A stretch of 64,000 bases of DNA from Mobula hypostoma (GCF_963921235.1 NC_086104.1:4340001-4404000); one strand, 5' to 3'. Counted from the stretch's first letter, positions 51,782 to 63,226 are shown. The notes: a model not told the origin generated them from the sequence alone. Made by a program: numbers and translations.

Positions 51782-52129
51782 ATCCCGCGGATGATCCCGT
51801 CCTTGTGCAGGATCCACCAATCAGCAAGGTGCCGGAGGGTGTAACTGTCCAGCTCCACTGTGCCTTGTATAATGCCAGTGTGACTGTCACCGATGTCCAG
51901 TGGTACCACCAGCGGCCGGGGAACAAGAACGAGTGGGCGTTGAGTCACTTTGTGAATGACTCTGCGAGCAGGTCTGGGTGTATCTCTGACCGTTTTCAGT
52001 CTTACAGGAATGTCGTGAGTAACAGTTACATTCTGACCATCAGTAACACATCTATTAGTGACACTGCAGTGTACAACTGCAGTGTGTGGAGTTACATCTA
52101 CGGAGGAGGAACACAGCTCAATGTAACTG
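51782..52129 (+). CDS. Exon 3: germline-joined VJ-type Ig V-set domain 2
   Basis: Acceptor acacAG (51780-51781), donor G|GTAAGT, 348 nt, phase 1-1; LHC...QWYHQRPG...DTAVYNC...YGGGTQLNVT; no stops. Confidence 0.93.
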
Positions 52130-52639
52130 GTAAGTCAACGTCAGTTCACACCGACAATAACAGCATCTCAGTATTCAACCCTCACACGATGACTGTCGGA
52201 CACAGGGGGTTCTGTAATGTCCCCAGTAGAACAGAGAGTCGGATGGTTTTCCCTGGAGTGTAAACTGGGAACAGTTGGGAAGTGGAAAAGTGGAAAAGGA
52301 CAAGTACTCTGGAATAATATAGAAAATCTTGGCAAGTTATTTTGTGGATGAACAGGTTTTTCTCTATACCTCAGTACATGTGACAATAATAAACCAATTT
52401 ACTAAGAGCTCGCCCTGTGGGTGTGAGTTGTCAGAACTGGACGATGTTACCAATCAGAAAAACAGTCAGAACAAGTGGACGGGAGAAGAGGATAAAATGA
52501 TGTGTGTAAAAGAAATAGACTGGCCATTAAATTCAAAGTAAGTAAGAGAATACAATTAATGTCAGAAGGAACATTATCAGAGTCATCAAGTCACAGTAAA
52601 GTACAGTAGTCCCTTCAGCCCATCTAGTCTGTGCTGAAC

Positions 52640-53960
52640 CATTTGTTTGTCATATACATTAATGAGCTGGATGGTGGGGTGGTAAACTGGATTAGTAAAT
52701 ATGCAGATGATACTACGATAGGTGGAGTTGTGGATAATGAAGTAGGTTTTCAAAGCTCACAGAGAGATTTAGGCCAGTTAGAAGAGTGGGCTGAAAGATG
52801 GCAGATGGAGTTTAATGCTGATAAATGTGAGGTGTTACATCTTGGTAGGACTAATCAAAGTAGGACATACATGGTAAATGGTAGGGCATTGAAGAATGCA
52901 GTAGAACAGAGGGATCTAGGAACAATGGTGCATAGTTCCCTGAAGGTGAAACCTCATGTGGATAGGGTGGTGAAGAAAGCTTTTGGTATGCTGGCCTTTA
53001 TAAATCAGAGCATTGAGTATAGGAGTTGGGATGTAATGTTGAAATTCTACAAGGCATTGGTGAGACCAAATTTGGAGTACTGTGTACAGTTTCGGACACC
53101 AAATTATAGGAAAAATGTCGACAAAATTGAGAGAGTACAGAGAAGATTTACTAGAATGTTACCAGGGTTTCATCTCCTAAGTTACAGAGAAAGGTTGAAC
53201 AAGTTGGGTCTTTATTCTTTGGAGCATAGAAGGTTGTTCTGAATGGATACCATTCTATCTTGAATCCGTGCCCTCTTGTCCTAGACTCCCCTGTCATGGG
53301 AAATGTTTTGAGGAACAGAGAGCATGTCTGTAGGGCTTGTACTTTGCTCCATGAAGAAATGCAGCTTCCCACTCTATCAAGGCCTTTCATCATTTGACAG
53401 ATTTCAATGAGGTCACCCCTCATTCCTCTGAATTCAGGTGATTACGGACCTACAGCCATCAAACGGTTTTGACATGACAAGCAATTCAATGGTGGAATCA
53501 TTTTAATGAATCTCCTTTGTACCCACTCCAGTTTCAGCACATCTTCCGAAGATAAGGGGTCCAAAATTGCTCATAAAACTCTAAGTGAGGCCTCACCAAC
53601 TGTTTTATAAAATATAAAAGAACAGATGTGGGGAGGATGTTTCCTGGTATGGGAGAGTTTAAGACCAGAGGACACAGCCTCAGAATGGAGGGGAATCCTT
53701 TTAGATTGGTGTAGAGGAGAAATTTCTTTTCCAGAGAATGGTGAATCTGTGGAATTCTTTTCCACAGGCAGCTGTGAATGCCAGTCTTTATGTACTTTTA
53801 AGGCAGATGTTGATAGATTCTTGACTGGTCAGGACATGAAGGGATATGGGGAGAAGGCAGGAGACTGGATCTGAGAGGAAAATTGGAACAGCCATGATGA
53901 AATGGCAGAGCAGACTTGATGGGTCAAATAGCCTAATTCTGCTCCTATATTTTATGATCT
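52640..53960. mobile_element. CR1 pieces: + (52640-53237, same subfamily as 47864), - (~53240-53610), + (~53615-53960)
   Basis: ORFs 52631-53242, 53151-53423, 53626-53874. Confidence 0.85.
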
Positions 53961-54084
53961 AATACTGGCTTCAATTAGCTGTTTGGTTGTATCAGTGTGT
54001 GGTATAGAAGCTGCAAGACTCTACAAAGGACAGTAAAAAACACAGATTTCTATCCTTGCTTTTATATTCTAGTTATATTTATAT

Positions 54085-54560
54085 ACCGGAAGAAGCTGCA
54101 GAAGATTGTGAACACGGCCCAGCACATCACACAAACCAATCTTCCATCCTTGGACTCACTTTACACCGCACGCTGTCAGAGCAGTGCTGCCAGGATAATC
54201 AAGGACATGACCCACCCAGCCAACACACTTTTTGTCCCTCTTCCCTCCGGGAGAAGGCTCAGGAGCTTGGAGACTCGTACGACCAGATTTGGGAACAGCT
54301 TCTTTCCAACTGTGATAAGACTGCTGAATGATTCCTGACCCGGATCTGGGCTGTACCCTCCAGATATCCGGACCTGCCTCCCAGTTTTATTGCACTACCT
54401 TACTTCCCCTTTTCTATTTTCTATTTATGATTTATAATTTAAATTTTTAATATTTACTATCAATTTGTACTCCAGAAAGCGCGAAGCACAGAATCAAATA
54501 TCGCTGTGATGATTGTATGTTCTAGTATGAATTGTTTGGCAACAATAAAGTATAAAGTAT
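54085..54560 (+). mobile_element. Rex1/Babar-type LINE 3' end
   Basis: KKLQKIVNTAQHIT...HPANTLFVPLPSGRRLRS...FFPTVIRLLN; tail 'aataaagtataaagtata'. Confidence 0.85.
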
Positions 54561-54719
54561 AGTCTGAGTACTAGATATGAGTACATGTGTTACATTTGCC
54601 TTCCTTACCACATTCAACCTGCAAATTGGTCTTTAGGGAATCGTTTGCAAGGACTCCAAAGTCCCTTTGCGCCTCAATTTTTTGTATTTTCTCTCTATTT
54701 AGAAAATAGTCAACCCTTT

Positions 54720-57700
54720 CATTTCTTTTTGGGATGCTCTGTTGGTAAAGGATGGAATTACATCTTTAAAAAGAAGTGACATAGGATCAGAGACTGTTGA
54801 ATATTTGTGGAAGAAGTTTAGAAACCACAAGGGTAAAAATAATCATTATGGGAATGATTAGGCCTCCAAATAATAACCAAGATGTGGGTTTGAGATTGCA
54901 AAGGGAGCTGTAAAAGCCATGTAATAAGGGTAATGTCACAATTGTAATGGGGGACTTTAATATGCAAGAAAATTAGGAAAATCAGGTTGCAGTCAGATTG
55001 CAAGAGAGAGAATTTGCTGAACGCCTAGGAGATGACTTTTTTGAGAAGCTTGTGCCTGGGCCAACTAGGGGAAAGGCTATCTTAGATTGAGTGTTATGTA
55101 ACAACCTGATGTTATTAGGAAGCTTAAGGTAAAGGGACCCTTAGGAGAGGGTGGTCATAATATGATTGAGTTCATGCTACAACTTGAGAAGGAAAAGCAT
55201 AACTCACATGTATCAGTCCCGCAATGGAGTAAAGGGAATCACAGAGGCATGAGAGCGGAGCTTGCACAGCTGGATTCAAGGAGAATACTGGTGGGGATGA
55301 CAGCAGAGCAGTGATGGCTGAAATTTCTGGGAATAGATCACAAGACACAGTCTTGATAAGTCCCACAGAAGAAGCAGTTCTCAAATGGCAGGGTAGGTAA
55401 CCGTGGCTGACAAAGGAAGTTAAGGACTACATAAAAGCCAAGGAAAGGGCATATAAGGTAGCAAAAGTGCGAGGGAAGTTATGTTTGGGAAGCTTTTAAA
55501 ATCCAAAAAAGGCAACTAAGAAAACTACAAGAAGGGAAAAGGTGAAATATGTAGGCGAACTATACAAGATTACAAAATTAATGCTGGATACAAAAAGTTT
55601 CCTCAGTTACATAAGGTGGAGGTGAGAGTGTATATTGGACGACTGGAAAATGATGCTGGTGAAGTAGTAATGGGAGACAATAAGATCTCAGATGAACTTA
55701 ATTGATACTTTGCAACTGTCTTCACTGGAAGACACTTGCAGTGTGTCAGAGGTCCGTGAGTGTCAGGGAGCAGGAGTGAGTGTTATTGCTATTACAAAGG
55801 AAAAAGTGTGAGGTGAACTCAAAGGTATTAAGGGGGATAAGTCACCAGAACCAGATGGACTATGTCCTGGAGTCCTGAGGGAGGTTGCTGAAGAGATAAC
55901 TGATGCATTGGTCATGATATTACAGGAATCACTTGCTTCTGGCAGGGTTTTGGAGGAGTGGAAAACTGCAAATTAGCATGCTCTTTAAGAAGGGAGGAAG
56001 GCAAAAGAAAGGAAATTATCAGCCAGTTAACCTAACCTCTAGTGCTTGAGGAAAGTGTTGGAGTTAAGGATGAGGTTTTGGGGCACTTGGAGGGTAATGA
56101 TAAAATATAGCAAAGTTAGTATGATTTCTGTGAAAGGAAATCTTGCCTGACAAGTTTGTTAGAGTTCTTCAAGGAAGTAACAAGCAGAGTGGACAAAGGA
56201 GAGGCAATGGATGTCATTTACTTGGACTTTGAGAAGGCATTTGACAAGCTGCCACACATGAGGCTGCTTAACAAAATAAACTCCTATGATGTTACAGGAA
56301 AGGTACTGTCATGGATAGAGGATTGGCTGACAGGCAGGAAGCAGTGAGTGGGAATAAAGGGGGCCTTTTCCAGTTGGCTGCCTGCATCTAGTGGCGTTTC
56401 TCAGGGGTTAGTATTGGGACTGCAATTTCTCATATTGTTTGTCAATGATTTGGAAAATGAAACTGATGGCTTTGTGGCAAAGTTTGCGAATGATTCAAAG
56501 ATAAGTGGAGGGGTAGGTAGTGCTGAGGAAGCAATGCGATTGCAGCAAGAGACCTGGACAGTTCGGAAGAATGGGCAAAAAAGTGGAGGACGAAATATAG
56601 TGCTGGGACATGTATGATAATGCATTTTGGTAAAAGGAACAATAGTGCAGGCTACTATCTAAATGAGGAGAACATTCATCAGAGGTCAAATGGGACTTAA
56701 GAATTCTTGTGCAAGACTCCCAGAAGGTGAGTTTGTGGTAAAGAAGGCAAATATAATGTTAGCATTTATTTCAAGGGGAATAGAATATAAAGGCAAGGAG
56801 ATAATGCTGAACCTTTATAAGACACTAGGCAGCCTGCATTTGGAGTATTGTCAACAGTTTTGGGCCCCTGAAAGTATGTGTTGTCATTGGAGAGAGTCCA
56901 GAGGAGGTTCTAAAGGATGATTCCGGCAATGAGGGGGTTAACATATGAGGAGCATTTGGCAGCTTTAGGCCTGTACTCACTGGAATTCAGAAGAATACGT
57001 GGGGTTCTCAGTGAAACCTACTAAATGTTGAAAGGACTAGATGATGTGGATGTGGAGAGGATGTTTCCTATGGTGGGGTTATTCAGAGTTAGAGAAGAAA
57101 GCCTCAGGACTGAGGGATGACCTTTCAGAACAGAGGTGAGGAGTGCTGAACCTGTGGAATTCTCCGCGGTGGAACGGGTCTGGGAGAATATTTAAGGCGG
57201 AAGTTTATTGTTTCCTGATCGGTCAGGGCAGCAAAGGATATGGCGAGAAGGAAACTGTAAATGGAATCCGGGAGCCACTATGATGGAATGTCGGAGCAGA
57301 ATCCATTGTCTGAATCCCATATTTCTGCTTCAAAATCTTATTGTCTTATGGTCTTCTATCAAAGTGAATGAACATATTCCTCCTGACACTGTATTTAAAT
57401 TGTCATTTCTTTCCCCATCTCCTAATCTGCCTAACTCCTTCTGTAACCTCTATACTTCCTTAGAACTACCTGCCCTTCCACCTATCTTCATATTTTCATC
57501 TTTTCTGTGAATGTTGCAACAAAGCCCTCAATTCCATCATCCAAATTATTAACATGTGAGGTAAAGAAAAATCCTTCCTGACACTGACCTGTGGACACGA
57601 ATGGTCACTGACAGCCAACCAGAAAAGGATCCCTTTATTCTCACTCTTTGCCTCCTGCTAATCAGTCACTGGTCTATCCATGCTAGAATCTTTGCTATAA

Positions 57701-59580
57701 AATACCATGGGCTCATAGCTGGTTAAGCAGCCTTATGTGTGGCACCTTGTCAAAGACCTTCTGAAAATCAATCTATACAACATCAACTGATTCTCCTTTG
57801 TCAATCCTGCTGATTTTTCTTCAAATGATTCCAACAGATTTGTCAGGCCTCTCTCCCTTCTTGAACAGTGGAGTGACAGTCTTCCATTTTCCAGTCTTCA
57901 GGAACCTTTCCAGAATCTACTGTTTCTTGAACAATCATTAATAATGCCTTCAGAATCCATTCAGCTGCCTCTTTCAGAACCCTTGTGTATACTAAGATTT
58001 TATTGTTGGCTACCAGTGAGTAGTTGTGTTCCGCAGGGGTCAGTGTTGGGACAGCTTCTTTTTATGCTGTATGTCAATGATTTGGATGAGAGAATAGGTG
58101 GCTTTGTTGCCAATGATGTGGCCTGGAAGACTAGTGCACTTTCAGGGTGCCGGATTTTCGTAGCTCAGGAGGCGGGCGGAATCGAGGTCGGCGCCGCCAC
58201 CTGATGTGTCATGGGAGTACACGGAAGATCGAAAGCAGCGAGCTGGCTGCGGGCTGTGTGCCCAGAACCCCAAGTTCTTCGGCAGAGAGCTTGGAAAAAG
58301 CAATGAAACATATCTCTAACACCATAAATCAGTGAGTTGTTTTGTTATCTCCCCTCTCACTGTAAAGCGGGGACACCACTTTTTCCTTATTAAGGAGAGA
58401 GAGAGCCTGTGGTATGTCGAATTACTGGGTGAACGAGTAGTCTTTGGGGTACTGCAAGTCTGTGTCTTTCTTGATGCTCTGCAGTGCACATTTGAGTGCT
58501 CGGTGGAGGATGCAGATGCATTTTTGCTGGTGGGGGAAAGGGGTGACGTTGCTTTGCTGCTGCTTATGCATCAGAGGGGGGGAGCTGGGGGACTTTGGGG
58601 TTCTAACATTTAACTGTCATTCATTCTTTGGGGCACCCATATGTTTTTGTGGATGTCTGTGAAGAAAAATAATTTCAAGATGCATATTGTATACATTTTT
58701 CTGACATGAAATGTACTTTTTAAATCTATTGAAGTTTGCAGATGATACAAAGATTGGTGGAGGGCCAGGTAGTGTTGAGGAAACAGGTAGGATGCAGAAG
58801 GATTTAGACAGATTAGGACAATGGGCACGAAAGCGGCAAATGAAATACAATGTTGGAAAATGCATGGTTATGCAGGTTTGGTAGAAATAAGCATGCAGAC
58901 TATTTTCTAAATGGAGAGTAATCCAAAAATATGAGATTTTAAAGAACTTGGGAGTCCTTGTGCAGAACACCCTAAAGGTTAACTTGCAGGCTGAGCTGGT
59001 GGTGAGGAAGGCAAATACAATGTTAGCATTCATTTCCGGAGGTCTAGAATACAAGTGCAGGGATGTGATGCTGAGGCTTTATAAGGTATTGGTGAGGCCG
59101 CACCTTGAACAGTTTTGGGTTCCTCATTGAAGAAACAATGTGCTGGCATTAAACAGAGTTCAGGGGAGGTTCACAAGGATGGTTTCGGGAATGAAACTGT
59201 TATCATACGAGAAATGTTTGATAGCTCTGGGACTGTGTTCGCTGGAATTTCTCATTGAAAACTTCCAGATGTTGAAAGGCCTAGACAGAGTAGATGTGGA
59301 AAGTATGTTTCCCATTGTGGGAGAGTCTAAGACAAGAGGGCACAGCCTCAGGACAAAAGGGTGTCCATTTAAAACAGAGATGCAGAGAATTTCTTTTGCC
59401 AGAGGGTGGTGTATTTGTGGAATTTATTACCACAGGCAGCTGTGGAGGCCATGTCGTTGGGTGTATTTAACGCAGAGCTTGATAGTTTCCTGATTGGATA
59501 TGGCATCAAAGGTTATGGGGAGAAGGCGAGGGATTGGGGCTGAGGAGGGGAGAAAAGAATCAGCCATGATTGAATGGATC
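54720..59580. mobile_element. Heavily decayed CR1 array (+ 54720-57350, - 57350-57990, + 57990-59580 with a non-coding repeat inserted at ~58110-58730)
   Basis: ORFs 56156-56347, 56348-56617, 58948-59130, 59140-59493. Confidence 0.8.
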
Positions 59581-59779
59581 CCGGCTCATTGTTATTAGTA
59601 AGTTCAGTTTACACAATGTGAACTGATTTCTAGTACTGGAGATAATGAGCATGTATGGGCCAGGACAACAACTTTGTAAATTAATTTCTTTAAGCTGTGA
59701 TGTGCTTATTTCTAAATGTCTTAAAGATATGAAATAATTTAGTTTTCATGAATGCATCTGACAACAATTTTATGGAATA

Positions 59780-60345
59780 TACTTTAATACCTTATTGTCG
59801 CCAAACCATTGATACTAGAATGTACAATCATCATAGCGAGATTTGATTCTGCGCTTCCCACTCCCTGGATTACAAATCGATAGTAAATATTAAAATTTAA
59901 ATTATAAATCATAAATAGAAAATAGAAAGTAAGGTAGTGCAAAAAAACCGACAGGCAGGTTCGGGTATTTGGAGACTACAGCCCAGATCTGGATCAGGAT
60001 CCGTTCAGCAGTCTGATCACACTTGGAAAGAAGCTGTTCCCAAATCTGGCCGTACAAGTCTTCAAGCTCCTGAGCCTTTTCCCGGAGGGAAGAGGGACGA
60101 AAAGTGTGCTGGCTAGGTGGGTCGTGTCCTTGATTATCCTGGCAACACTGCTCCAACAGCGTGCGGTGTAAAGTGAGTCCAAGGACGGAAGATTGGTTTG
60201 TGTGATGTGCTGCGCCATGTTCACAATCTTCTGCAGCTTCTTCTGGTCTTGGACAGGACAACTTCCGTACCAGGTTGTGATGCACCCTAGAAGAATGCTT
60301 TCTACAGTGCATCTATAAAAATTAGTGAGGGTTTTAGGGGACAGG
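59780..60345 (-). mobile_element. Rex1/Babar-type LINE 3' end, inverted close relative of 54085-54560
   Basis: ORF 59994-60224 nearly matches ORF 53997-54338. Confidence 0.88.
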
Positions 60346-60890
60346 CCAAACTTCTTTAGTATTACTTTTCAATCTGAGATCCTGACTGGATATTATAGCC
60401 CAATGATATGGACATGGAATTTTCCAATTTCTGATAACCCAACCCCACCTCTTTCCCGTCTGCTTTTCATACTCATACCATCCCTCACTTCTCCCAGACC
60501 TGTTACCCAGTTCCATTCCCAATAGCCACCTGCCTGTCTCACACAAACTTAACCTTCTGGGTGTCTACTGCGCCTGACAATACCAGTGTCCCACGATCAA
60601 CTCCCGATGCTGCCTGAAGGAATTTGTACATACTCCCTGGGACCACATGGGTTTCCTCCAAGTGTTCCAGTTTCCCCCACAGTCTAAAGACACATGGGTT
60701 GTTAGGTTAATTGGTGATTATAAATTGTCCTGTGATTAGGCTCGGATTAAATCAGGGGATCACTGGGTGGCATGGGTCAAAGGCCGAAGGGCCTATTCCA
60801 CGCTGTAACTTAATAAATAAATAAAATAAAATAAAATAAAAGTTCCACTTACACGTAATTCCTCCGTTGTTCCCTTCTTTATCAGATTCC

Positions 60891-61240
60891 GGGTGGCGGG
60901 GTGGTGATACGTCTCTACCAAAGGAGGCGTAAGGTGCTCCTTCCGTCTGCTAGCCTGGACAAGGTGGACTTGCTCACAGTACCTACTTCCTGCCCATTAC
61001 ACCACTGGCATTTGGGGCAGAATGAAGGTCCTCCATCTCTGATGGTTAATGTGTGACACCCGCTTAGTGACCACTGACTCCAGGTAGACAGTCTCTGAAG
61101 GGCATTGATAATAGCTGACGTCACAGCCCAGAAGAAGACAATGGCAAACCATGTCGGTAGAAAACTTTTCCAAGAACAACGATGGTCATAGACCATGATC
61201 AACCACATCATACAGACATGGCACATAATAATGACAATGG
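60891..61240 (+). mobile_element. RTE-related SINE-like insert with 9-bp TSD
   Basis: TCAGATTCC at 60882-60890 and 61241-61249; 3' tail 'gacatggcacataataatgac' resembles the RTE tail at 30981. Confidence 0.6.
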
Positions 61241-61281
61241 TCAGATTCCAGTGTGTGCAGCCTCAGTCTATAGTCACCTCC

Positions 61282-62557
61282 TGTCACAAAGGGGTGCTGG
61301 GAACGGACCCAAATGCGAGACACAGACGCTGAAGTACAAGGAACAGGACTTGACTAGAGTAGGGACTTGACAGGATACAGGCAAGGAGCAGGGACAAGAA
61401 TGCAGACTTGGGCTAGGGAATGCGGGACCAGGACTAGGAACTATGGACTAGGAGATAAGGCTTTGACTCCAAGCCCGAGACTGGACAAGGACCAAGACCC
61501 TGGGTCTTGCCTCGGGCTCGGACCCCAGAACCAGGCAAGGACATGACATGGCTTCAGGACAGAACGTGGCTGGGGCCTGGAGGCTTGAGGCTGGGGTCTT
61601 GGGTCTTGAGCTTGGCTGCAGGCTGGGGACTTCAGGCTTGTGTTCTTGGAGCTTGGCTTGGGATCCTTGAGGCTAGTGTTCTTGGAGCTTGGTTGTGGGA
61701 TCCTCGAGGCCTGGATTCTTGGAGCTTGGCTGCAGGATCTCCATCTTGAAATGCGAAGGTTGATAACTGAGAGGCTGGAGCTGAGAGACCGACTGGGAAC
61801 TGAATATCAACATAGAGCCCGGGACTTGTCCTTCGAAAAGCCGGGACTCATCGTTAGCATGACACCAACATGAGACAGGACAGTACATAGACATAGAGCC
61901 GGGACTTAAACTTAGACAAGCCGGGACTCAACTTCTCCACACCAAGGTGGGACAGGTCCATCTGTTGGGTAATGGCAGAACAGCCAGACTTACTCAACAG
62001 AAGCAAAGACAAGACAAGACATGACACTCCCCCCCCCCCCCCGCAGGGCAACGGCAAAATGGTCTGACTTACCCCACGGAGGCAAGGACAAGAAGAGACA
62101 AACACCAAAGAACAACAGACAGTTCCAGCTCTGCTTCAGGGTTGCTCCGAGTCGCAGTTACAGACAGCAACCTCCGCCAGCTACGGAAACAGCCGGATCC
62201 CTACCCAGCTCGAAGTGGCTGACGGCCACTCAGCTGGCCCGGGAAACAGCCGTATCCATACCACAAGGACTACTCCAACAAGTGGCAACAAGGCTTCATG
62301 AAGCAGTGGTTCTCCAACCAGGCCTAGAGATCACAAATGGTTTCACTAGCCTTCCATCAGCAGGTTGCTCCAAGGGGGACTGACAAGACAAACCAGCAGT
62401 CCACACTCAACCCCAAGGCTACTTATATTCCAAGCCCAAAGATGGGAATCAGGTGCCTCTGATTAACTCAACTAAACGAGGGCCAGCTGGAAGACCCGGA
62501 GTCCTGAGTCCACGGACCGGACCGTGAACCAGAATGCGGACTTCACGGACCATGACA
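61282..62557 (-). mobile_element. Solo LTR (1276 bp) with 5-bp TSD
   Basis: Minus strand starts TGTCATG and ends TGTGACA; CCTCC at 61277-61281 and 62558-62562; TATA-like ATATAAG; internal short tandem repeats. Confidence 0.8.
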
Positions 62558-63134
62558 CCTCCACCAATCCCTCTCCCCACCTGAACTTTCTGACTCTCCT
62601 TGTCTCTCTCTATTCATCTCTACCTCTCCTCCTCTTCCACCCGGTTCCACCTGCCCAACATTTCTGTTAGATACGTGGATTATGAACAAAGAAAAATGTC
62701 TCTCGTCACTTAGCACTTTTGTGTTTATTAGATGTGTCAAAAATCAAACACAAAAATCAGCAAAAGGAAAACTGCCAATTCTTACAAAAAGATATCTACC
62801 AGAAAACATAAGAATAGTTCTGTTCTTGTACTTGGCCAGTGTGAACTGCCGAGAACAATCAGTACTGTTTGTGAGGCACTAGGACAGACCATCTTTATAA
62901 CCAACAAGTTCAACTTTTGTCTATCCGTGAATTAGTACATGACACACCCCTCAATATAGTTACAATTATATTACAAAATAAACAGAAGTAAATACTTTAA
63001 ATAGGGTAAACAGACAACAGATACACATTTACACATCCCCATTAGGAAAGAATTGGAATACTGTTTCATGAAAGGCATCACAAGGATATTGAAGTTCAAA
63101 CACTCAGTGTAACAACAGCAGAGTGATAGGGCAA

Positions 63135-63138
<4 letters not shown>

Positions 63139-63191
<53 letters not shown>

Positions 63192-63226
63192 ATGTGTGTG
63201 TGTGTGTGTTTATGTGTGTGTGTGTG
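63139..63226. repeat. (TG)n microsatellite, interrupted
   Basis: Direct inspection. Confidence 0.98.

Noticed and set aside
52329-52541. ORF ending near a GTAAGT (~52537) as a stalk exon
   Set aside because: No convincing acceptor, the 5' part is a repeat tail, and there is no recognisable domain
61507-61873. LG(A/S)WL-repeat ORFs
   Set aside because: Short tandem repeats inside the solo LTR
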